Source of the DNA: Candidatus Woesearchaeota archaeon
GTDB lineage: Archaea; Nanobdellota; Nanobdellia; Woesearchaeales; JAGLGH01
Assembly (NCBI GenBank): GCA_030670545.1
Contig: DAOVBM010000003.1
Coordinates: forward strand, 1,765-65,764
DNA: 64,000 nt
Direction: 5' to 3'
The first letter of the stretch is position 1, and each line of letters starts with the position of its first letter. Both the position numbers and the translations under genes were made by a program. The notes under the pieces are model-generated. The model saw only the letters and a list, made by a program, of their open reading frames with translations. It was not told the DNA's origin and did not search any database. Of this stretch, positions 9,521 to 19,790 are shown one piece after another.

Positions 9521-9648
9521 AATTTGATAATCTATAATGTAAATCCGTAATACTCCACCATTTATGGTGGAGATAGGATTTGCTATCAATAAATTGTCAA
9601 ATTTTTGTTATTTAAAACATATCAATCATATCATACAGAGATCTTACT

Positions 9649-10542
9649 CTAAGATTTTAACTCTTTTATTTTATCAAGAACTAATAATCTTTTCTCAGCA
9701 GGTATACTTGATCTAAACACACTCCAAAAATATCTTTCTAACCAGTTTGTCCAGGATTCATTTTTAAATTCATAAAAAAATGTTCCTACTTTCTTAAGCT
9801 CTCCTTTTTGAGAGGAAAAAGCTGGTTCTTTTAATCTGACAATTTTTCCATCAACTATAAAACTTCTTAGTGGATGTTCTTCATGCCTAATCTCAATACT
9901 ATCATAACCAAGTTTATAATTAATATTAAGAAGTTTACCAATCCTTTCTTTTGTACTTTGATCTACCCTTGCAATGATTTTTATCATAATCTTATCTTTT
10001 GCAAGTTGTTCAATAATCTCTAAAATAGTTGTTTTTCCTATTTTGAGATCAACCCAGGATAGATCTCCTGAAAACATCAATAAATTATTTGAAGTTTGTT
10101 TAAAAAATTTTAATAAGCTTTCTGTCACTTTATCAGTTGGTAATTTAATTGATTTGAAATAAGATGTTACTTCCTCTTCTGGCAAAAACTGGATTATATC
10201 TAACGGACTAAAATCCTGGCTTCTTCTTCCAGATTCAATTTTTTTCAAGATTCTTTTTTGAGCGTTTGAAATATGGACATTCACATCTGGTTGAATAAAT
10301 ACAATTTTGAATGCAACTCTGGGCCCTCTCTTGAATTCTTTAGTGCTTAACAGTCCCTCTTCTTCCATTTTAGAGATATAGTTATCTATTGTTCTCCAAT
10401 TTTTACTAAGTTTGAATGCTAACTCCTGAATAGAACATGGAGCAACAGTTAATATCTCTAATAATTTTCTTTTGATTTCTATTGTCAAGGCCATATAGGG
10501 TGTGGGTAATCTTTTATTTATAAATATTTCGTAAATATACAA
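9649..10542 (-). CDS. winged-helix transcriptional regulator-like protein with uncharacterized C-terminal domain
   Basis: N-terminus KRKLLEILTVAPCSIQELAFKLSKNWRTIDNYISKMEEEGLL is wHTH-like. A hairpin ctccaccatttatggtggag lies 3' of the gene. Confidence 0.5.
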   Translation of the reverse strand: MYIYEIFINKRLPTPYMALTIEIKRKLLEILTVAPCSIQELAFKLSKNWRTIDNYISKMEEEGLLSTKEFKRGPRVAFKIVFIQPDVNVHISNAQKRILKKIESGRRSQDFSPLDIIQFLPEEEVTSYFKSIKLPTDKVTESLLKFFKQTSNNLLMFSGDLSWVDLKIGKTTILEIIEQLAKDKIMIKIIARVDQSTKERIGKLLNINYKLGYDSIEIRHEEHPLRSFIVDGKIVRLKEPAFSSQKGELKKVGTFFYEFKNESWTNWLERYFWSVFRSSIPAEKRLLVLDKIKELKS

Positions 10543-10624
10543 TTAAGTTGTATATTTTCTACTACAAACTATTAAATAAAAGTATGAACTAATAGATATT
10601 TATAATAATTGGAGGTTTATTAAA

Positions 10625-11224
10625 ATGACAGATATTTGGGATCTTTCAGACAATAAAAAAGATTTTAAACCAAAGAAAGAAAAGGACACTATTGAAGATA
10701 ATTTCAATAGTTTTCAATTGATTCAACAAAAGAAGTTTATGCAACTTGTACAAGAGGAAATTAAATTAAGATTTGGTGATCTTCCCAAATCAGGTTATGG
10801 TGCTTCGTATTGCTGTGTGAGTCAGGGACATTATGATGGGCCAATAACCCAATTTCAAGACCAAATCTTTCGTTTAGAATCCTCCGCCAAAGGGATTGAG
10901 TGGGGATTAATAAATTATTTAGAAAAAATTCCTTTAAAGTTGGAACCTAATGTGCAGCATATTTTAACTCCTATATGCCTGTTAATGAAAGAACCACCAT
11001 TAAACTGGGAGCAACAAATAGCTGCTGAAGACATTGCAATACCTAAAGTGAGGGGATATATTTTAATTGAAAAGAGTGATGATAAAATCTACGGATTGTT
11101 GACAACAAAAAGCTTTGAACATGTTTACGATGAGATTAAAGTAGGCATTTCAAATATTCCAAAATTAAAAGGATTGAAATTAGAAGATGCAATCAACAAA
11201 TTATTTGACAACTATAATAAATAG
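10625..11224 (+). CDS. hypothetical protein
   Basis: 199-aa ORF with no recognisable motifs. Lies inside the segment bounded by the gatD 3'-end duplication. Confidence 0.4.
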   Translation: MTDIWDLSDNKKDFKPKKEKDTIEDNFNSFQLIQQKKFMQLVQEEIKLRFGDLPKSGYGASYCCVSQGHYDGPITQFQDQIFRLESSAKGIEWGLINYLEKIPLKLEPNVQHILTPICLLMKEPPLNWEQQIAAEDIAIPKVRGYILIEKSDDKIYGLLTTKSFEHVYDEIKVGISNIPKLKGLKLEDAINKLFDNYNK

Positions 11225-11239
11225 ATGGATAAAAGAAAT

Positions 11240-11292
11240 GCTGCTGCAGAACTTTACTGGTGAGATAAATGATAGGCATAATCCTGAAAGTT
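11240..11292 (+). repeat. imperfect direct duplicate of the gatD 3' end (last 17 codons plus stop), att-like
   Basis: gaactttactggtgagataaatgataggcataatcctgaaagtttcttgtattga vs 9378-9432, about 85% identity. In frame it encodes NFTGEINDRHNPESFLY* vs gatD NVAGEINDRHKPESFLY*. Confidence 0.7.
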
Positions 11293-11342
11293 TCTTGTAT
11301 TGAACCAAAAGTTTTATATACTACTCCCCAGTCATAATAGTT

Positions 11343-11687
11343 ATGAAATATATTAAATTAAAAAAATCAAAGGAACTAAGTTTAGGTTATAACACAAGAG
11401 ATATCAATTTGACTAAGTTGATTCTGGAAAGTGAATCAGGCAAACCTATCAGAATAGAATATAATCTTATCAATAAAACCAAACACACTCAATTTGGTTT
11501 TCCTTATACTGTACTTGTCCTTAAGTATTCAAACGGTATTGCAGCATGCAAAAGAAGCATAACATTTGTCAAAAGCCGCAATGGAAATAATTCACAGGAT
11601 GTTGCAAAAGCTAGTCTGGATACGCATCTGAATAATCTCGATAATTATATAAGCAGGCTGAACAGATATAGAGTAATAAAGGCTTAG
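11343..11687 (+). CDS. hypothetical protein
   Basis: 114-aa ORF, no motifs recognised. Confidence 0.35.
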   Translation: MKYIKLKKSKELSLGYNTRDINLTKLILESESGKPIRIEYNLINKTKHTQFGFPYTVLVLKYSNGIAACKRSITFVKSRNGNNSQDVAKASLDTHLNNLDNYISRLNRYRVIKA

Positions 11688-11699
11688 GATATCATGAAC

Positions 11700-12632
11700 C
11701 TATTTATTGTTTAAGATAGAATTTATCAGTGCTTGTAATCTTTCTGGGGAGAGTTTACTTCCAGTTTCTCTTGGAGAACCTCCAATTGTATCACTGCCCC
11801 CCCATCTATTATTTTCGTGTACAATTTTTCTTTCTTCTTCGTTAAGTCCTGAATATAATTTAAGAATATCAAAAGGAGCCCACACAGACCTTCTACCTAA
11901 AACATAAACAAATGAACCATCAGGTTTTTCTGCCACTAAGGTCGCAAAAGCAGTTATTCCCTCATTATACATAGCCATTCTTGAAGCATGTCCTGTTTCT
12001 CTCGTTAAAGTCCAACCATTGCCACCGCCAATCTTTTCATAATTACCATCAAGGGCAAGTTCACTGCCTTCTCCAAATATATGAGCATTTATTCTACTCT
12101 CAACAGACTCTATTACATTTCGCATTTCTGCTTCTTCCATTTGAGCAACCCTTCCATCAAAACGAGCTTGATTGTATGGTTCAAATATCCATGCCATTTT
12201 TCTTCTCATTGAAGTGTCACCAAAAGGATATGCTCCAGCTGTGCAATCAAGCCTATCCTCACAATAAACAAGACGATTGATTCTTGGCTCAGCATGATTT
12301 TTAATTAATTCATGATTTTTTAGCAGCCACCAGGCAAGACACGTATCCTCATCAGGATCATTAACATAGATATTAGCTTCTGGGACTCCATCTTTTTTAA
12401 ATGTGTCAAATAAACCCATATTTATCTCCATATGTACTTGCTCTGAAGTAGAACGAGTTGCAAATCTATCTGCTTTCGAGTGATGATCAAAATTAGCATA
12501 AGGTCCTTTTGGGTCTCTTCGAGTAGCAGAATTTACAAAACCATCTAGAGCGATAGAATAAGGAGGGGCTTTTTTCTTAAAATCACTCCAACTGTATACC
12601 CTTCTTGGTTCAACATGTAATCCCACTGCCAT
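11700..12632 (-). CDS. hypothetical protein
   Basis: 310-aa ORF filling the interval. Rich in D/H/E motifs (DHHSKADR, EDRLDC) suggestive of a metal-dependent enzyme. No family recognised. Confidence 0.45.
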   Translation of the reverse strand: MAVGLHVEPRRVYSWSDFKKKAPPYSIALDGFVNSATRRDPKGPYANFDHHSKADRFATRSTSEQVHMEINMGLFDTFKKDGVPEANIYVNDPDEDTCLAWWLLKNHELIKNHAEPRINRLVYCEDRLDCTAGAYPFGDTSMRRKMAWIFEPYNQARFDGRVAQMEEAEMRNVIESVESRINAHIFGEGSELALDGNYEKIGGGNGWTLTRETGHASRMAMYNEGITAFATLVAEKPDGSFVYVLGRRSVWAPFDILKLYSGLNEEERKIVHENNRWGGSDTIGGSPRETGSKLSPERLQALINSILNNK

Positions 12633-12793
12633 TTAGTATGTTGTTACTTAGGACTTTATAAACCTTTGGATTTAGTTACTACTTATGAGTTAATATCTGG
12701 TGTTAATCACATTTAAATACGCACAAGGATTCTCATTGAATAAGGATACACAAAATACACAAAAAGCTTTTATTAATAGAATAAAACACAATT

Positions 12794-14149
12794 ATGAAAA
12801 TGGAATATCTGTTGGATAAGATAAGATTTGAGGGGATTGAATCTGGGGATTATGAACAAAAGCTGCAAGTATGCACACCACAATTTAAGAGTTTCAATTA
12901 TAGGGAGAGTTGCGGAATAAAAAAGAGTCTTATTGGAACAAAACGCACTCTGGACACAACATATATGTCGCATGCAGTTAAGATTAAAGCAAATGTGAGA
13001 AGCATATTAGAGAGTGAACAAACCCCTGGACAAAAATCCAAACCACTAGACATAGAAAGGCTGGAAGAAGTGCTTTCATCATCCTATAATGTAAATGTCG
13101 CTATTGCAAGCGTAAATGACATTCCTGTTACAAGAAAAAAAGTCAGGGAGGTATACTTTATAAGAGATGATGACCCTGAGAAGCTGTATAAGGTATGGGT
13201 CTTCAAGGCTGACCCTGTCGCCACCCTTAAAGAACTCACTGTTTATCATATAATATACAAACAGGGCATCCCTACAGGAAAGCCTATTGGTTACAAGCCT
13301 TCTGAATCAGACACAACATATCCCTATGATATAGCTATCCTCGGTGGGATAGTTGAAAACGCAGGGGATTCATATAATGGGGTTCTAAGGAATATGAGGA
13401 TGCTTCCTGATAAGATATTCCAGACTGCCAAAGACATAGCAGAAATAATTGCAGACTATCACATTAAACTGACTCATGCAAAGGGTGAGTTTGCAAGATA
13501 TGGGATTGACTTACATGAGGCAGATACTGGAAGAGAAATAAGAGAAAGGTTTATTGCAGGACTTGGGATTGAAGAGAAATTAGGACACAGTCTGATAGAT
13601 GCATGCATAGGATTGCAAAGCACCCAGAGTGGACTGAATGTGGTTTCTCATGAAGACATAAATGAAAAGAACATTGTATCTGTCAAGAGCGGAGATGCAA
13701 TATTGTATAGAAAATTTGGAGTCATTGACTGGGCATCAATTGCAATCAACAACCCGTTTAGCGACCTTCGCGATTTCTGGATACATCACAAGAGGCAGGC
13801 ATTGAACATCTGCAGCGAATATGATTTCAGTTTTGAAGAGTTTGTTGAATCTTATGCAGAGCGATTTCAGAAGGAAAAAGGAAAGCATAAGATGGATTTT
13901 GACAAGAACAAGCTAAGGACAGACTCATTAGTGCAGTCTGTTCTCTGGAATATCTATGAGATGTATGATCCTGTAAGGGACAACCCAGAAGACATTAAAG
14001 ATAAAGCAGTAATTCACTGCCAGGCTTTATGGGATGACCTAATGCAGATTGAGGCTTTTGGCAATAAGGCCCATGCAGGCAGGATAAAAAAAGAACTAAA
14101 AATCCTCTTAAAAGATAAGCCTTATCTGCATTCTGTACTGAACTCATAA
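12794..14149 (+). CDS. protein kinase-like fold phosphotransferase family protein (APH/choline-kinase-like)
   Basis: SHEDINEKNIV resembles the H-x-D-x4-N catalytic loop, and IDWAS a DFG-like motif. Weak, by eye. Confidence 0.4.
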   Translation: MKMEYLLDKIRFEGIESGDYEQKLQVCTPQFKSFNYRESCGIKKSLIGTKRTLDTTYMSHAVKIKANVRSILESEQTPGQKSKPLDIERLEEVLSSSYNVNVAIASVNDIPVTRKKVREVYFIRDDDPEKLYKVWVFKADPVATLKELTVYHIIYKQGIPTGKPIGYKPSESDTTYPYDIAILGGIVENAGDSYNGVLRNMRMLPDKIFQTAKDIAEIIADYHIKLTHAKGEFARYGIDLHEADTGREIRERFIAGLGIEEKLGHSLIDACIGLQSTQSGLNVVSHEDINEKNIVSVKSGDAILYRKFGVIDWASIAINNPFSDLRDFWIHHKRQALNICSEYDFSFEEFVESYAERFQKEKGKHKMDFDKNKLRTDSLVQSVLWNIYEMYDPVRDNPEDIKDKAVIHCQALWDDLMQIEAFGNKAHAGRIKKELKILLKDKPYLHSVLNS

Positions 14150-15049
14150 TACCAAAGCAAAATACCCGCCAGCGCCATCATATGTTTTCTGGACAATATT
14201 TATCATGTGATGGAGAAATCTGGAATTTATGCCTTTTGATTTTTCCAGTTTTGAATAATATTTATCAAGAAGATTCTTTCTGTCGAGATATATCTTCTTT
14301 TTTAATCCTGTATCAAATTTATAGAACATATTATAGAAGACCATATAGTAGTCAACTGCATCTGCGAAATTATTGAGCATATCTTTATCAATCTTTTTGC
14401 TGCAACCTGAAAAAAGGTCACATATATACTTGAATTCATCAGCTATCCTTTCAATGTTCTTGACTATCTCATATATCTGCATTGTCCTTTTTGGTATCTT
14501 ATACCCTTTCTTATTCAGGATTCTTATGCATACATCTGTAAACTTATTATTTAAAGATTCCATATTCCTGATTTCCTTCAGTTTTTCATAATGGCTTTTT
14601 TTCAGAATGTCAAGGATGCATTTTGCCATCTCATTTGTGATCTGGAATGATTTCCTCAATAATGTGTCAAATTCAGATTCTATTGTTGTAGCTATGCTCT
14701 TGATATAGACCATATTGTCCTTCTGGTCTATGATCTCAAATCCTATGCAATTAGGCAGCCTTTTCTTTATCTCCTCCAGCACATTGCTTTCATCAAAGCG
14801 CACCTCAATCTCATCATATCCCAGCTGGTAGAGATGTGAGAGATTATTCTTGGTGAATATGCCTGATTCTGTGATTGATACCTCTTTTTTCGGAGAAGCG
14901 ATTTCCTGTTCTGTGGTGAGCATGAGCATAGGTCCTGCTTCTTCAATGTTCAGCTCACCGCCTTTTTTGAGATTAAATTTCTCAACCCATTTTATAGGCA
15001 GTGTTATTGTCAATGAACTGCTGCCATGCCTGACAATCCTGCGTTTCAT
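14144..15049 (-). CDS. AbrB/SpoVT-domain plus PhoU-like domain regulator (archaeal phosphate-uptake-regulator-like)
   Basis: N-terminus VRHGSSSLTITLPIKWVEKFNLKKGGEL is a swapped-hairpin AbrB fold. The C-terminal helical region with IERIADEF resembles PhoU repeats. Confidence 0.6.
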   Translation of the reverse strand: MKRRIVRHGSSSLTITLPIKWVEKFNLKKGGELNIEEAGPMLMLTTEQEIASPKKEVSITESGIFTKNNLSHLYQLGYDEIEVRFDESNVLEEIKKRLPNCIGFEIIDQKDNMVYIKSIATTIESEFDTLLRKSFQITNEMAKCILDILKKSHYEKLKEIRNMESLNNKFTDVCIRILNKKGYKIPKRTMQIYEIVKNIERIADEFKYICDLFSGCSKKIDKDMLNNFADAVDYYMVFYNMFYKFDTGLKKKIYLDRKNLLDKYYSKLEKSKGINSRFLHHMINIVQKTYDGAGGYFALVL

Positions 15050-15212
15050 GATAATGAGAAATACAAAATATTATTTAAATCTTTCTAAAATAAACAATGA
15101 TGAATAAAATACACAATTGTTTACCTTTGTGGTTATTACACTGGTTAGATATATCTTTTTCTGGCTCTTTTCAAGAATAAAGGCGAAGATAAGGCCTTTG
15201 GAGGGATAAAAG

Positions 15213-16232
15213 ATGAAAGAAATCAGTGATTATATTCACAGACTAAAGATAGGAAATATAAAGAAGTACAAGAACATGGCAGTTGCGCCTTTGCTTGAAG
15301 CTGACAGCAAACTTGAATATATTGTCTTTGACGAAGCAGTAAATTCCGGATTAAGGGTGAGCGAAACAGGAAGTGTGCCTACGCTTCATTTCAGTAATAA
15401 GACAGGGAAGGAGATTCTTATTCTCCAGGGAGAATATGTTGAAGGCGGAAAACAGAACAGGATGGTAGCAGCTAATGTGTATATGGCAAAAGCTTTTGAA
15501 GGAGATGTGCCTGTAAACTGCGTGGAAGAGCACAGGTGGAGCACAGGATATGATTCTCTAAATATAGGCCTAAATATAGAGGATCCCTTTAGACCAGGGT
15601 TCAGAAACCCCCCAAGGCAGCGAAGGCGGCAGGATGACAGGTTTTACTCCAGCATGAGAATGGCGACAAAAGGAGTATGTTCTGCCTCATCCAGAGGCCA
15701 GGGAGAAGTATGGGGTCAGGTAAACAAACTTATAGGGGATCACAAAGTATCATCAAGGACAGGCAATATAAATGATGTATTCAACCATAAGCAGGATGAG
15801 CTAAGTGATTATGTCTCGAATTTCCAATATACCCCTGGTGCTGTAGGCATTGTTGTTGCAATTGAACAGGATGGCAAAAAGATATATGGAACAGATATAT
15901 TTGATCAAAGTACGACAATGGAAAAAAACTTCAGCAAGCTTTTAGAGAGCTATATTCTTGAAGCAGTAAGTAGTGGCAGCAGCATAAGGCAGACAAAGAA
16001 GGAAATCAGCGCATTCCTGGGTTATATTAACAATATAAAATTTAACGAGAGGAAGCCTGTAAGCCTGGGAAGGGATTTTCTGCTAAACGGAGATAAGATA
16101 GAAGGCTCTGCCTTAGTCTATGAAAGCACACCTGTATATGTTTCATTCAGCACAAGAACTGAAGGACCTGTAGACATATTTCCAGGAATAAGCAACCATA
16201 TCAGGACAGGACTGCACAGGAGATTTTGCTGA
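15213..16232 (+). CDS. hypothetical protein
   Basis: 339-aa ORF with good coding character. Overlaps the next gene by 7 bp. Confidence 0.5.
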   Translation: MKEISDYIHRLKIGNIKKYKNMAVAPLLEADSKLEYIVFDEAVNSGLRVSETGSVPTLHFSNKTGKEILILQGEYVEGGKQNRMVAANVYMAKAFEGDVPVNCVEEHRWSTGYDSLNIGLNIEDPFRPGFRNPPRQRRRQDDRFYSSMRMATKGVCSASSRGQGEVWGQVNKLIGDHKVSSRTGNINDVFNHKQDELSDYVSNFQYTPGAVGIVVAIEQDGKKIYGTDIFDQSTTMEKNFSKLLESYILEAVSSGSSIRQTKKEISAFLGYINNIKFNERKPVSLGRDFLLNGDKIEGSALVYESTPVYVSFSTRTEGPVDIFPGISNHIRTGLHRRFC

Positions 16233-16858
16233 TTGTATATTGCTTGTTTAAGATGGTTAAAGCAATTATATTTGACCTGTGGAACACTCTTGCTGCAAAG
16301 CAGATAAGCATCTCTACAGCATTAAGAGACCATTTCTGCATAAATGTCCCAGACTATCTTCCAGGATATGAGAAGACCATGCAGTTAAGGAAATGGGAAA
16401 GTATTGAGGATCTGGCAGAAAACTTTCTGGATTCCTTTGCTCTTCCTTTATCTGGAGCAAATATCACTTTTATAACAAAAACCTTCAATAAAGGTGTTGA
16501 GAGCGCTGTACTTTATGCAGAAGCAATAGAACTGCTTGAAGATCTGAGTCAGACATGCAAATTAGCTGTACTTTCCAATACAACAGTTTTTGAAGTGATT
16601 AAGGAAAGATGGGGTATAACCCATTTGTTTGACCAGATATCTTACTCATGGAAAACAGGTTTTCTAAAACCAGAAAAGCAGGCATTCATTTCAATGTGCG
16701 TAAGGTTAGGTGTCAAGCCTGAAGACTGCATATTCATAGACGACACTCAAATGAATGTGACTGCTGCAAAGGATTTAGGCATGAATGCTTTGCAATATAA
16801 AAGTATGGACCAGCTTAGAAAAGATCTGAGGGGATTTTTAGGTGAGGATAGCTGTTGA
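16226..16858 (+). CDS. HAD-superfamily hydrolase
   Basis: Motif I IIFDLWNTLA; C-terminal IFIDDTQMNV (motif IV). Likely true start at MVKAIIFD (16253). Confidence 0.6.
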   Translation: MLIVYCLFKMVKAIIFDLWNTLAAKQISISTALRDHFCINVPDYLPGYEKTMQLRKWESIEDLAENFLDSFALPLSGANITFITKTFNKGVESAVLYAEAIELLEDLSQTCKLAVLSNTTVFEVIKERWGITHLFDQISYSWKTGFLKPEKQAFISMCVRLGVKPEDCIFIDDTQMNVTAAKDLGMNALQYKSMDQLRKDLRGFLGEDSC

Positions 16859-17042
16859 CAGTTTTAGAATCCTCTTTTGATCCTCATCGATATCTGAGAG
16901 ATAAAGGGAGATGGGAAGGCTTGGCAGATTCAAGTGTATGATATATTCCAGGACATAGATTGCAAATAAAATTAGGTTAGCGATAAGCTTATATACTTTT
17001 ATGGTTATATAATTATAATTCTGTAATTGCAATAAACTTACA

Positions 17043-17687
17043 ATGCCAAGATTAATCTGCTTTGATATGGATGGTGTAATATTTGAACATACTAATGTAT
17101 GGCTTGAACTTCACAAAAAGTATGGCACTTTGGAAGAAGGTATTGAATTGACAAAAAAATATCTCAAGACTAATTATGCCAAGTTGGTTGAAGAAGTTGT
17201 TGGCAGACTGTGGAAAGGGAAGCCAGAATCAAAATTCCTTGAGCTGCTTAATTCTATTAGATATATAGATGGAACTAAAGAGCTGTTCAGCTGGCTGAAG
17301 AAGAAAGGCTATAAGATTGCAATAATCAGCTCTGGACCAAAGAGGTTGGCTGCAAAAGCGCAAAGAGAATTAGGTGTAGATTATATATACACAAATGAAT
17401 TAATTTTTAAAGATGGAAAAGCTACAGGAGACTTCAAGTGGCCTATAGCTGCAGGAAGGAAAGCTGTTGTATTAAGAAAGCTATGCCAGGAACATAATAT
17501 AGATTTCAAAGACTGTATCGTAGTAGGCCATGACCATGCAGACATTAAGATGGCAAAGACAGCAGGCTTTGCTATAGGTTTTTGCCCTGAAGATGAAGAG
17601 TTAAAGAGATACTGTAGTGTAATAGTTGACAAAAAGGATTTGAGGGAGTTGATTCCGATTATTGAAAATTTTCAATCCCAAATATAA
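17043..17687 (+). CDS. HAD-superfamily phosphatase (phosphoserine phosphatase-like)
   Basis: ICFDMDGVIFEH (DxDG motif I), SSGP (motif II), GHDHADIKMAKTAG. Confidence 0.7.
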   Translation: MPRLICFDMDGVIFEHTNVWLELHKKYGTLEEGIELTKKYLKTNYAKLVEEVVGRLWKGKPESKFLELLNSIRYIDGTKELFSWLKKKGYKIAIISSGPKRLAAKAQRELGVDYIYTNELIFKDGKATGDFKWPIAAGRKAVVLRKLCQEHNIDFKDCIVVGHDHADIKMAKTAGFAIGFCPEDEELKRYCSVIVDKKDLRELIPIIENFQSQI

Positions 17688-17689
17688 AA

Positions 17690-17938
17690 ATGATACCAAT
17701 CAAAGACCTTCTCAACAAGCTCAAGTGGGACAAGAGGTATAAGCCAGATGAATACACAATATATTATCACGACAGGTTCAGGGATGAGATGATTCCTGTT
17801 GATTACAGCTCAATTAAAGGATTAGAAGGCAGCTTCATGATAATCGAAAGGGATGGCGATGAAGTGAGCATACCATTGCACAGGGTTAATAAGGTTATGA
17901 AAGGAAGGATGCTTGTGTGGAGAAGAAAGAAAAACTAA
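17690..17938 (+). CDS. small conserved archaeal protein, UPF0248/DUF504-like
   Basis: 82 aa; IPLHRV motif and size fit the UPF0248 family. From memory. Confidence 0.45.
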   Translation: MIPIKDLLNKLKWDKRYKPDEYTIYYHDRFRDEMIPVDYSSIKGLEGSFMIIERDGDEVSIPLHRVNKVMKGRMLVWRRKKN

Positions 17939-17972
17939 AGATATAAATATACCTTTTATTTATTCTAAAAAT

Positions 17973-19403
17973 ATGGCAGATAAAATCGATTATCATAAGA
18001 TTGGCTTTAAATGCGGAATAGAGATTCACCAGCAGCTTGACACTCATAAGCTGTTCTGCAACTGCTCTTCAGCAATTAACAATAATAATAATCCTGATAT
18101 TGTTTTCACAAGAAGACTCAGACCTGTCGCTGGAGAGACTGGAGAGATTGATGCTGCTGCTATGCATGAGGTTCTCAAAGGAAAATATTATGCTTATGAG
18201 GCATGTTCTACAAGCTGCTGCCTTGTTGAAATGGATGAAGAGCCTCCGCATCAAATAAACAAAGAAGCTCTAAACATAGTTCTTGAAGTTTCAAAACACC
18301 TTAATGCTAAAATTGTTGATGAGATACAGGTAATGAGAAAGACTGTAATAGATGGCTCTAATGTTTCTGGATTCCAGAGAACTGCCTTAGTAGGATATAA
18401 TGGACATATAGAGACATCAAAAGGAAAAGTAAGAATACCTCTTATCTGCCTTGAAGAAGAAGCAGCTCAGAAAAAAGAGGAAACAAATAAATATACAAGG
18501 TATAGGCTTGATAGATTAGGGATTCCGCTAATTGAGATAGCAACAGACCCAGATATAAAAGATCCAGAACATGCAAAAGAAGTTGCTGAAAAATTAGGCA
18601 TGATCTTAAGAAGCACTAAAGTCAAGCGAGGAATCGGCACAATCAGGCAGGATGTCAATATTTCAATAAAAGGCGGAGCAAGGACAGAGATTAAAGGATT
18701 CCAGGATCTTAAGTCAATATCTAAAGTTATTGAAAAAGAAGTTGAAAGGCAATTCAAGTTAATCAAAAAAGGAGATAAGATAAAGCAGGAAGTAAGGAAA
18801 GCTGAGCCTGATTTTTCAACATCATTTTTAAGACCTATGCCTGGAGCAGCAAGAATGTATCCTGAAACTGATGTTTTGCCAATAAAAGTTTCTTGTAAAG
18901 AGATTGAAATTTCAGAGCTTATTGAAGACAAAATAAAAAGATACATTAAAAAATATAATCTTGGAACAGATCTTGCAAAAATCCTCGCTAAATCACAAAA
19001 ATCTGAATTATTTGATAAAGCAGCAACTAATTTTAAAAACATTAAACCAGCGTTTATTGCAGAAACAATTGTCTCTGCTCCCAGGGAGATAAGGAGAAAG
19101 CACAACATTAATGTATCAGACATTCCTGACAAAGGCATGATGGAAATCTTATCTTATATTGATAAAGGAGAGATTTCAAAAGATGTTATTCTTGATGTTA
19201 TGATAGATTATGCAAAAGGAGAATTTGACATCAATAAATACAAAGGAATAACTGATAAAGAGCTTGAAAAAGATGTAAAACAGATAATTGAAGAAAACAA
19301 GGGAGCTCCTGTCGGAGCATTGATGGGAAAGATTATGGCAAAGCATCGTGGAAAGGTTGACGGCAGAAAAGTGATGCAGATGCTTAATAAATTCATAAGA
19401 TAG
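17973..19403 (+). CDS. gatE: GatB/GatE-family aspartyl/glutamyl-tRNA amidotransferase subunit, likely GatE partner of GatD
   Basis: YHKIGFKCGIEIHQQL...LFCNC near the N-terminus; C-terminal GatB/YqeY-like tail LMGKIMAKHRGKVDGRKV. 477 aa is short for GatE, so GatB cannot be excluded. Confidence 0.6.
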   Translation: MADKIDYHKIGFKCGIEIHQQLDTHKLFCNCSSAINNNNNPDIVFTRRLRPVAGETGEIDAAAMHEVLKGKYYAYEACSTSCCLVEMDEEPPHQINKEALNIVLEVSKHLNAKIVDEIQVMRKTVIDGSNVSGFQRTALVGYNGHIETSKGKVRIPLICLEEEAAQKKEETNKYTRYRLDRLGIPLIEIATDPDIKDPEHAKEVAEKLGMILRSTKVKRGIGTIRQDVNISIKGGARTEIKGFQDLKSISKVIEKEVERQFKLIKKGDKIKQEVRKAEPDFSTSFLRPMPGAARMYPETDVLPIKVSCKEIEISELIEDKIKRYIKKYNLGTDLAKILAKSQKSELFDKAATNFKNIKPAFIAETIVSAPREIRRKHNINVSDIPDKGMMEILSYIDKGEISKDVILDVMIDYAKGEFDINKYKGITDKELEKDVKQIIEENKGAPVGALMGKIMAKHRGKVDGRKVMQMLNKFIR

Positions 19404-19418
19404 AAAAGAGGTGGAAAT

Positions 19419-19604
19419 ATGAGCATAGAAGACAAGACCAAAACTGATAAAGATGCAGGATGGGCTGAAGAGAGAAAGTTTGAGCATAATCCTAACGAGA
19501 GATGTATAAATACCTACGATAATCCAACTTTTCTTCTTAAGATGTCCTCAGTTTACATGCAATATATTCCTGCAATGTATGATATTGCAGGGATTCTAAT
19601 CTAG
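19419..19604 (+). CDS. small hypothetical protein
   Basis: 61-aa ORF in the intergenic gap. Weak. Confidence 0.25.
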   Translation: MSIEDKTKTDKDAGWAEERKFEHNPNERCINTYDNPTFLLKMSSVYMQYIPAMYDIAGILI

Positions 19605-19610
19605 GCTAAA

Positions 19611-19790
19611 AATGAATCAATGGAATGAGATATATAAAAAAGAGGGAACTAATTACGGATATTATAATATTCTAGAGCCTCATAAGGATATGCCAAAGGT
19701 GGCCAGGTTTTTTAAGAAACAAGGAGTCAAAAAAGTTCTTGATCTTGGATGCGGTGCAGGAAGAAACCTCATCTATTTCAGCACTTCATA
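19611..19790 (+). pseudogene. truncated class I SAM-dependent methyltransferase (N-terminal 59 codons only)
   Basis: MNQWNEIYKKEG...VLDLGCGAGRNLIYFSTS* carries motif I and then stops. The remainder is replaced by the 3' end of the convergent DUF58 gene. Confidence 0.5.

Noticed and set aside
11707-12280. Plus-strand ORFs of 66 and 99 aa overlapping the 310-aa minus-strand gene
   Set aside because: They have poor coding character, are nested in the longer ORF, and are likely shadow ORFs.
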